64,000 nt of DNA. Source: Chrysomallon squamiferum. Lineage: Eukaryota > Animalia > Mollusca. Location: the NCBI GenBank assembly GCA_012295275.1, contig CM022677.1, positions 2,046,001 through 2,110,000 of the forward strand, read 5' to 3'. The notes beneath the pieces are model-generated. The model searched no databases. It worked only from the letters and a program-made list of their open reading frames with translations, and was not told the DNA's origin. A program made the translations under genes and the position numbers. Positions 55,308-64,000 of this stretch are shown one piece after another; position 1 is the first letter of the stretch; each line of letters opens with the position of its first letter.

Positions 55308-55354
<47 letters not shown>

Positions 55355-55603
55355 TGATGATGATGATGATAATAAAATCGAAATGAAAATACATTAATTA
55401 TCGCGCAATTGAATTTTACTTTGGAAGATACCTTTTTCGAACCGGCACGCGCACACACGCACACGCACACACACAGGCGCGTTCTGAAATAACAAACATA
55501 CGTACACACACAATCAGACATACACAACACGGTCACTCCAAAACCTGCGCCCACGCACAACTCGCTACCGATGTCAATTGGCTCTTGCTGTTGCTGTTAA
55601 AAT

Positions 55604-55651
<48 letters not shown>

Positions 55652-55748
55652 AACGAAGAAAGTAAGAAAGAAAGTAAGAAAGTAAGAAAGAAAGTGAGAA
55701 AGAAAGAAAGAAACAAACAAAAGAAAAGAAAAGAAAAGAAAGAGGCGC

Positions 55749-55866
55749 GTCTACGGCACTCGGTGTTCCCAGGCGGTCACCCATCCAAGTACTGTCCGAG
55801 CCCTGCGTTTCTTAACTTCGGTGATTGGACGAGAACCGGTGCTTTCAACGTGGTGTGGCCGTAGAC
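55749..55866 (-). rRNA. 5S rRNA: 5S rRNA gene, full length
   Basis: Minus strand: GTCTACGGCCACACCACGTTGAAAGCACCGGTTCTCGTCCAATCACCGAAGTTAAGAAACGCAGGGCTCGGACAGTACTTGGATGGGTGACCGCCTGGGAACACCGAGTGCCGTAGAC. Helix I pairs perfectly, box C is present, ATAAATA lies at about -30 and TTTT runs follow downstream. Confidence 0.97.
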
Positions 55867-55942
55867 GATCGCTTTAACGAACCGAGGTCTATTTATCTTT
55901 GTTGTTCTTATTGCGTGCGCTAAATAACGATGACGATGGCAA

Positions 55943-55977
<35 letters not shown>

Positions 55978-56017
55978 ATAATAATAATAATAACAATTAT
56001 AATAACTAGTAGTAGTC

Positions 56018-56051
<34 letters not shown>

Positions 56052-56284
56052 CGGTAATGATAATAACAGAAAGGTTTCGTACTTATCCTGTGTTCACGAG
56101 TCATTTTGCACGAAATTGGCCTTATTGCTGTTGTTGTTGTTGGTGGTGGTGGTGGTGCTGCTGCTGCTGCTGTTGTTGTTGTTGTTGTGAACAGCATTTC
56201 GTCTTTCGTGGTGATGGACTTTAAAGTGTCACTGTCAATAATTTTTTTATTTTTTTTTATTCTTAATTTGTGTGCAGTCTTTAA

Positions 56285-56499
56285 GGCGAAATTGACATCG
56301 GTAGCGAGTACCGAGACCCAGTTTTCTAACGTTCATCTCACCGTTGCCATGGGAACGTTCGGCTACACTCGGGTAGGGTCGGGTCGGGTCAGGTCGGGTC
56401 GGGTCGACTGCACTCCACTCGATGGACGAGAGAAAAAGAAAAAAGCCGTCGGGCTTCATCCGTCCACTGCCTATTATTATTATGGTTGTTGTTGTTTTA

Positions 56500-56545
<46 letters not shown>

Positions 56546-56782
56546 TTTTAAGTTCATTAGTCACTATTTGGATAAAGGATGAAAATTCTGTAAATAAGCA
56601 ATGTGAGAATTAAGCTCAAAGAAAAAGATTTTTACTTATAAAAGTTGAACTTAATAAAAATATAGGTGATGCTCTATAATGGACCCATTCCAGGTTTACT
56701 GGTACCAGCCTTTCCTAGTAATAAAGTATAACAATATTTTCAAAAGTGGGTCTCGGAACTCACTACCGATGTCAGTATCACC
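56285..56782. mobile_element. TTAA-flanked MITE (Kolobok-like termini) in the 5S spacer
   Basis: TTAA|ggcgaaattgacatcggtagcgagtaccgagaccca ... tgggtctcggaactcactaccgatgtcagtatcacc|TTAA: ~36-bp imperfect TIRs starting with GG. Confidence 0.75.
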
Positions 56783-56864
56783 TTAAAGACTCTATAAAAA
56801 AAAAAAAAAAAAAAAAATAAATAAAAAAAAAAAAAAAAAAAAAAAATAAATAAATAAATAAATA

Positions 56865-56896
<32 letters not shown>

Positions 56897-57048
56897 ATGA
56901 AATATAAAGAAAAAAAATAATTTGAAAAAAATAAATAAATAAATAAATAAATAAATAAAAATATGACTAGAGAAAAGGAAAAGAACCGCCGTGTTTCATC
57001 CGTCCACTGTCAATTGTTATTGTTGTTGTTGTTGTTATTATTATCATC

Positions 57049-57124
<76 letters not shown>

Positions 57125-57346
57125 TCATCCTTATTATTATTAATAGTTTTTTGTATGTTTGTTGGTTTGTTTATTTGTTTGTTTATTTATTTACTTATTT
57201 ACTTATTTTCTAATTGACTAAAAAAAAATAATAATAAAAAGGAAACATTGAAACTGAAATGCATTAATAATCGTGCCGTAGTGATGTGCCAATTCAGTTT
57301 TACATTGGAAGACACCTTTTTCAAACCGACGCACGCAACACGCGCG

Positions 57347-57377
<31 letters not shown>

Positions 57378-57394
57378 AATACAATACAATACAA

Positions 57395-58436
57395 TACATC
57401 AACGACATCGTCACAGCACTCGACAAACAAGACAAAGCCAGAAATCCACCAAAGGAACCAATAAAAACAGCACACTTTGCAGACGACTGCGCCTTTTGGC
57501 GGGCAGGCAGATCAACCGCAGCAATACAGAAACAAATACAAAAATACTTAAACAACATAAACGACTGGATGTTGAAATGGGGCAAAAAGATTTCTCTTTC
57601 CAAAACAACATGCCTCCTTTTCAACAAGAAATCACACAACAGCAAGATCACACTCAACATCGACAACAACGTCATAACACAAACAAAGACATTCAAATTT
57701 CAACTTCCGATGCCACATACAAAAGATACATACAAAAGAAGATAATCCGGAACCAGTTGGGGAGCAAACGAGTCAACGCCTGATTTTGGCCACCTGCCAA
57801 ACACAACACCATCCGGCAGCCTCCTGTCAGAATACAGCATCCAACCACTAAAATACAGAAGAAAGCTGCAGCTACTGAAATACAACCTGAAAATACACAC
57901 CCTCAACACAGACCACCCGGTCAAGGATCTGGTCCCCGACCAACAAAGGATAGGACAACTCTTCAAATCACATAGTCTACTGCTATCGAATTTCCCGACA
58001 ACAGCTAGCGAAATCGAAAGGGAAACAGGAATAGGGGAAATGCCATTGCCGGCATACCACAAAGAAACAAAACCAACAATAAACACACCTTTCCTGATCA
58101 AAAGAGAAACTGACAAAACAGAGATCCCACCGTTCAAAACAGCCATTTTTTTTGGCAGCAGCAAACGACCACTACAAACAACACATGCACATCTACACTG
58201 ACGGATCCAAAAACCCAGACAACGGGAGAGTAGGATTCGCTTTCATAGCCCAAGATCACACAAACAAACCCACATGCATACAATTCGGCCGTATCAGAAA
58301 TCACCTTTCGGTGTATACGGCCGAATTGGTTGCCATCATCAGAGCCATGCTGTGGGTAAAAACAACAACAACAAACACACAGTCATATTCTCGGACAGTC
58401 CGTGATCTGATCTCAATTCAATCCGGATACAATAAG
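57395..58436 (+). mobile_element. Second fragment of the same RNase-H LINE, embedded in the 5S spacer
   Basis: YINDIV..FADDCAFW..KTTCLLF and HIYTDGSK..SVYTAEL..IFSDS, nearly identical to 1235-2010 in the opposite orientation. Confidence 0.92.
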
Positions 58437-59610
58437 GTAACAACAACAACAACAACAAAATCGAAATGAAAATACATTCGCCATCGCGCCGTCGTGATCT
58501 CGCAATTCAAATTTACGTTGGAAGATATATTTTTCAAACAGCACGCACGCACGCACACACACAGGCACGCACGCACGCACGCACACACACAGACAGACAC
58601 ACACACACATACACACATACACACACGCACATACAGACACACACGCACACACACACAGACACACACACACATACACACATACACACACGCACATACACAG
58701 ACACACGCACACAGACATACGCGCAGGCGCGAGCTGAAATAACATACGTACACACATAATCAGACATACACTACACGGTCAATCCAGAACAAAAAATAAA
58801 TAAATAAAAAAAAAAGAAAAGAAACAAAGAAAATAAAAATAAATAAAGAAATAAATATTAAGACAAAAATAATTTATATATATATATATATATATATATG
58901 ACGAGTGAAAAGGAAAAAACACATCTGGTTTCATCCGTCCACTGTCACAGCCTTCATTTCCTTACACGGCTTATCTCCCTCTAATAATTCTCGTTTCGTG
59001 TAGTCGTCGAAATTACCAGAGAAAAATAATCTCTAAATTAGATGGAAAGTTGCCGCCACTTTTGTGTGCTTGATTCCAAAAATTATTCTATATGGATTTA
59101 GTTTGAACTGCGTGCTGCCAGAAAAATTGTTGTGTTTTTTTTTTTATTTGTTTGCTTTTTTTCAACAGGGTTCAATACGTTCAATAAATGAGTTAGTTTT
59201 GCTGCAGTGAACAAAAAAAACGCATGCAAGACTGAGTCCACGGCACCGACGCACACTAGGCACACTGTCTGTGGAGTGGGCTCAATCTTCCATTTGTAAA
59301 GATGGTTTCAGAATAACTTCAAGAACAACAACAACAACAACGTGTCTGATCATTTTATAAATTAAATCGTAATCGTCGTTATTTTCAATTAAGACAGAAT
59401 TTACTAATTTTTAATGTTCGAAGAGAACCTGGTCAATTGTAAATGGGTAGGTTATTCGTCAATAGATGAGGCAACAGCCGAATTGTCCGGCAGTGACTGA
59501 AAATTTGAAAGAAAAAGAAAGAAAGAAAGAAGAAAAAAAGACGAACCGACGTCTATTTATCTTCGTTCTTCTTATTGCGTGCGCTGAATAACGACAACGA
59601 TAACGATGGC

Positions 59611-59675
<65 letters not shown>

Positions 59676-60005
59676 TAATAATAATAATGATAATAAAATC
59701 GAAATGAAAATACATTAATTATCGCGCCGTCGTGATCTGGCAATTCAATTTTTCGTTGGAAGATTCCTTTTTCGAACCGGCTCGCGCACACACGCACACG
59801 CACACATACGCACACGCACACACACACACAGGCGCGTTCTGAAATAACAAACATACGTACACACACAATCAGACATACACAACACGGTCACTCAAAAATC
59901 TGCGCCCACGCACACACTCGCTACCGATGTCAATTGGCTCTTGCTGTTGACATAAGAAAGAAATAAGAAAGAAAGAAAGTAAGAAAGAAACGAAGAAAGA
60001 GGCGT

Positions 60006-60101
60006 GTCTACGGCACTCGGTGTTCCCAGGCGGTCACCCATCCAAGTACTGTCCGAGCCCTGCGTTGCTTAACTTCGGTGATCGGACGAGAACTGGTCTT
60101 T
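60006..60101 (-). pseudogene. 5S rRNA: 5'-truncated 5S rRNA gene (nt ~22-118)
   Basis: Matches 55749-55845, retaining CCGATC and GTTAAGC. The first ~21-26 nt are replaced by a poly(A)-tailed sequence. Confidence 0.93.
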
Positions 60102-60258
60102 TGGGTTTTTTTTTTTTTTATCTTTATTAATATAATAAACAGTTGTACACAATTAAAATAACATTAAAACTGTAAATAACTATAATAAAAACTGTTTCCT
60201 CTCACACACTCAGTCACACTCACGTGCACGCATACTTATTTATTCGTAATATTCATAT
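60102..60258 (-). mobile_element. 3' end of a polyadenylated retroposed element abutting 5S
   Basis: Minus strand ..ttatattAATAAAgat-A14-cccaaaag joins 5S. The rest is lost in the gap. Confidence 0.6.
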
Positions 60259-60458
60259 NNNNNNNNNNNNNNNNNNNNNNNNNNNNNNNNNNNNNNNNNN
60301 NNNNNNNNNNNNNNNNNNNNNNNNNNNNNNNNNNNNNNNNNNNNNNNNNNNNNNNNNNNNNNNNNNNNNNNNNNNNNNNNNNNNNNNNNNNNNNNNNNNN
60401 NNNNNNNNNNNNNNNNNNNNNNNNNNNNNNNNNNNNNNNNNNNNNNNNNNNNNNNNNN
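60259..60458. other. Assembly gap (200 N)
   Basis: Run of N. Confidence 1.
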
Positions 60459-61188
60459 CATCATTTTACAGGAAGATGTTATTAGAATCTATTTTCTTGA
60501 AGAGATAAAGTAGATGTTATTAATAATAAAAGTATTTATGTGCTGGCATGTCTTTACGGACGAGTATGGTAAGGTGTTGTCTATTCTTGTTTGTATAGGG
60601 TGTAATGTGCAATTAAACTGTGTCAATAACATTTATGTCAATAAAATTTAAGGTTTTAATCTGTCCTCCGTGCAGATTCTTATTTTGTCTTGGTTCTCTT
60701 TATAACCTTACTCGTATCATTAATCAAAATTACTTAAACGTATGTTTTATGATTGTATAATGTATTATTATCAAGTCACCTGTATCATAATTAAATAACT
60801 AATGTAAACCTTAACTTGTATAGTGGATAGGTAGACTTACTGATTTATATAGTTTGCTGTCATTTTAGCGTTTATATTCCTTGTTAGGGTGCCCATTAAT
60901 GCACCTTGTTACCGTACACTGAGCCTTAATAAAACATCCAATGTGTTTAAAGGTGTGAGAGTCTTTGTCTGCACAAGACAAAAGAAAACGCAGACAATGG
61001 TAGTTATGTTTTAATGTTTTGTATATGTAAGATAACGTATTTTAATAATTAAAAGATTATTTAGAAAGATCAAGTAACCAACTCGGCTGAATTAGTTTTG
61101 TATTATTTGTCAACGCTATTTGCTTTGATAACGTATCGTCGAATCGTACGATTTAACTATGTAACTTGAGGGTTAATTTGTGTAAACA

Positions 61189-61242
<54 letters not shown>

Positions 61243-61759
61243 AAACAATTATCCATACTGAATTCGTGTTTGTGTTATTGTTCTCTTGTGGATAGAGAAT
61301 AGTCATTTAATAGTTAAGCTGTCTGAGATAATTAACACCTTGTCACGTGATGCTATTATAGCCTGCTGCCTTTTCAGGTACTAATACAACTCAGACTAGT
61401 CACATGACAAATGGCACTACCTAAAATCCTTTAAGTTAGCATCTCAGAAAACTTATCTGCCAACTCCTTGTAATGCCAAAATTAGCTGAGAGTTTCTGTC
61501 AATATTATAAAGAGGATGGACTGTAATTAAGATTAAAAAAGAACAAATCACAACATCATGAACGTTTGTAATATTATGTAAAATGTTTCAATTTGACGAA
61601 AGTTGTATACATTTTGAGTTTCACAAATATCTAATTTCGAACTGTTGCATTATCTTTGAATTCAGCTTACGTTAACACGTCACACAGCAAACTGCCTAAA
61701 TAACAAGTTGGTATTTGCTTCATTAATTAAACTTTTACCTGTCTGTGTATCAATTTCAG

Positions 61760-62351
61760 GTGCTGATTTATACAGGTATTTGGAAGACGCGCCAGAGCGT
61801 GTTGTTGTCATCCTCAGCGCTGACCTCGCACACACGCCTCTCAGCACTGACCCATACGGCTACTCCAACGCATCAGAGCCATTCGACCATGTAAGTACAA
61901 CCAGTCAGTCGTGCTTGAACCTTTCAAAAATACTTTAAAATTTCACCAGAACAACTGTATCAAAGCAGATACGTTTTGTAATAGCACCTGAGCATATTTT
62001 TATATTTATGATTAGTAGGTGTTAAATAGACTTATTTATTTGTTTGAATTAATGAATGTAACTGACGTTTGGGAGGATTTCTAAAACTATTTATGTTTAA
62101 TGTTATGGGTAGGAAAGAACATGCTGCAACTGTTTTGTCTTCAGTGTTGAAAGACTTGTGTGATTAGTACATAACTGATCAGTTTGTTTTTGTTTCATTA
62201 ATACAGTTGTCACGATGGTTCTCCTTATTTGAATATTTCAGGCTGTTGGTGAGTGGGCAGCGACTCTGGACGGCATGTTGCTGTTGAACAGAGCGGCTGG
62301 ACTAGCGGTCGCGCGCTGTCGTGTGGTTACACGGGTCTAGTCATGTTACAT
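61760..62351 (+). pseudogene. LigB/MEMO-superfamily (extradiol dioxygenase-like) gene, two C-terminal exons, probably pseudogenic
   Basis: Exon 61760-61890 reads GADLYRYLE..RVVVILSADLAHTP..PYGYS..EPFDH. The exon from 62242 reads AVGEWAATLD..; a 1-nt shift restores RALSCGYTGLVMLH. S-x-D-L-x-H and SCG are LigB-like motifs. Confidence 0.7.
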
Positions 62352-62360
62352 CGTCTGTTA

Positions 62361-62560
62361 CTGTATCTTTGTGACGTAGAAAATCTTTTATAAATGGTGC
62401 TAAAATGAATTATATGTCGCAGGATTTATTGTTAATATATCTTCACTGTATCTTTGACACGTAGAAAAACTTGTATAAATGGTGCTAGAATGAATTCTAC
62501 GTCGCGGGATTTCTTGTTAATATATCTGACACTCTATCTTTGACACGTAGAATAAATTGT
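62361..62560. repeat. ~86-bp tandem repeat, ~2.3 copies
   Basis: ct(g/c)tatctttg..acgtagaa recurs at ~62361, ~62446 and ~62532. Confidence 0.75.
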
Positions 62561-62699
62561 GTACTAATTAGGATCTATCTACGTCTCGGTACTCATTAAA
62601 TTCCCTTTTACCTGGTTGACATTGTGTGCAGTCAAAAGGTAACAACGAACTACTTCTGTACCACAGTGCATTTGTTAGCAGTAACAGTTCGCAGCTGAA

Positions 62700-63390
62700 A
62701 TACAAAAGTTCTCGATGTGGTCGGATGACTCTTTTGGGCGATTTGATTGATTTCATGGCGCCATCCTTCCAAGTGGTTATTTGTTCGGAGACTGTCATTG
62801 CCAAAGTTTTGCTACATTTCTGGAGTTCATGTTCCTTTCATCCAAGTGTCAGTGACGTAGTCCATCAGCACTGTTACCTTTCCATTCTGGGGACTGTCGG
62901 CAACTGTGTCAAAACATCCTCAACTTTGTTCAGCGGGATCATCGGAAGGGCTGAAGCACGACTTGCCACCTTTTCTACATCACTGTTTTCAATATATTCT
63001 CAAGCCAATCCTATTTTTTCGAACGACGCCAACTACTCTGAGTGTACTGGGAACTAAAAACGACTGAGTCGTGTGGTGAGGAATACAGCGCGTGCAGCGT
63101 TGTGAGCAGATCTCTCAGTGTACATCTGACGTCCTAGGAGCGGAATGAAATCCTACTCGTGGCAGTTTTCTTGGATGTACTGGAATGGACGGCCGCGTGA
63201 TTGTTGCTGCATCTGTTTTGCCGTCTGCAGCATGTTGTCCACAGACACGACGTAGGTTCTGCACTGCGAGTTAACAACACATTTCCAGTCTGTTCTCTAC
63301 CCATTCTTTTTACTTACGCGAAATGTATGCTCGTTATAATACAGATCCCTGCTGCCTCGTATTGTGTCAATATAAATCACTCGAACCTGT
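62700..63390 (-). mobile_element. MULE transposase relic with FLYWCH-like N-terminus
   Basis: TIRGSRDLYYNEHTFRV..WKC, then ALPMIPLNKVEDV, DYVTDTWM and LRTNNHLEGWRHEIN, with stops and frameshifts. Confidence 0.8.
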
Positions 63391-63603
63391 TCAGCTGCCA
63401 AGAGTTTCCCATTTCGATGCAAAACTTTATACAGGAAAAAACTACAATGCGCAACAGCCTGCTCAGTGAAACACGTATAAAAATACAACCCAGTACAATA
63501 ATATTTTTAAAATAGTACAGACCATTAAGGGCGAAATAAATAAAAATAAAATTATTAAAAAAATGATGAAAAAGAAGAAATAACAATAAAAGATAACAAA
63601 ACA

Positions 63604-63654
<51 letters not shown>

Positions 63655-64000
63655 GTGCGCGCGCACGCACAAACACACACACGCAGACAGAGAAGCGTAT
63701 TTTCAACTGCTATCCCGAACAGTTATTTCGTTGGTAAAGAAAACTCAACTCGCTCTGCCTGAACAAATGGAAATGGAAAAATTTAACTTGCTAATCAGAG
63801 CGAGCTGTTGTGAGGCACGGCTACGACAGATACACTTTCTGACAGGTCATTCGTACTTACTGCTTTCTACATAGATTTGTTCTTGTTTCAAAAATATCGC
63901 AGGATGATTTAAGGGTTGTGTTATATCAAGTTATTGGAATTACCAATTATATAAAAAGTAGGCCACTGAATTCACGATTATTTGAATTATAAACTGTGCA

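Noticed and set aside
56106-56582. Low-complexity ORFs (poly-V/Y/L/I, CVCV, THTH, SLSL, ERER) here and elsewhere
   Set aside because: These are translations of microsatellites, not genes.

Overview
AT-rich, microsatellite-dense animal DNA with GT-AG introns. The 5S rRNA sequence type suggests a mollusc or other lophotrochozoan. Two 200-N gaps lie at 14112-14311 and 60259-60458. One apparently intact gene is present: a BTB-BACK-PHR protein (41356-43140) whose intron holds five tandem copies of its 3' splice site. A 620-codon intronless frame with two in-frame stops (45554-47413) encodes a secreted-looking protein of unknown family. Degraded, segmentally duplicated copies of CAMSAP/Patronin (x3, + strand) lie tail-to-tail with DHX8/PRP22 3' exons (x2, - strand), and a LigB-like pseudogene fragment sits near the end. 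A mosaic 5S rDNA cluster occupies 52.7-60.1 kb, with an inverted copy of its spacer at the window start. One 5S gene is full length, one is cut at nt 8 by a Buster/Charlie hAT transposon, and one is cut near nt 22-27 by a poly(A)-tailed element. The spacer is built from RNase-H LINE fragments, a TTAA-flanked MITE, a pogo-like MITE and orphan 5S upstream flanks. Other TE relics include Gypsy, Ginger, CR1/L2 ORF1, MULE and several MITEs. All family calls come from motif recognition by eye; no searches were run, and boundaries of decayed elements are approximate.
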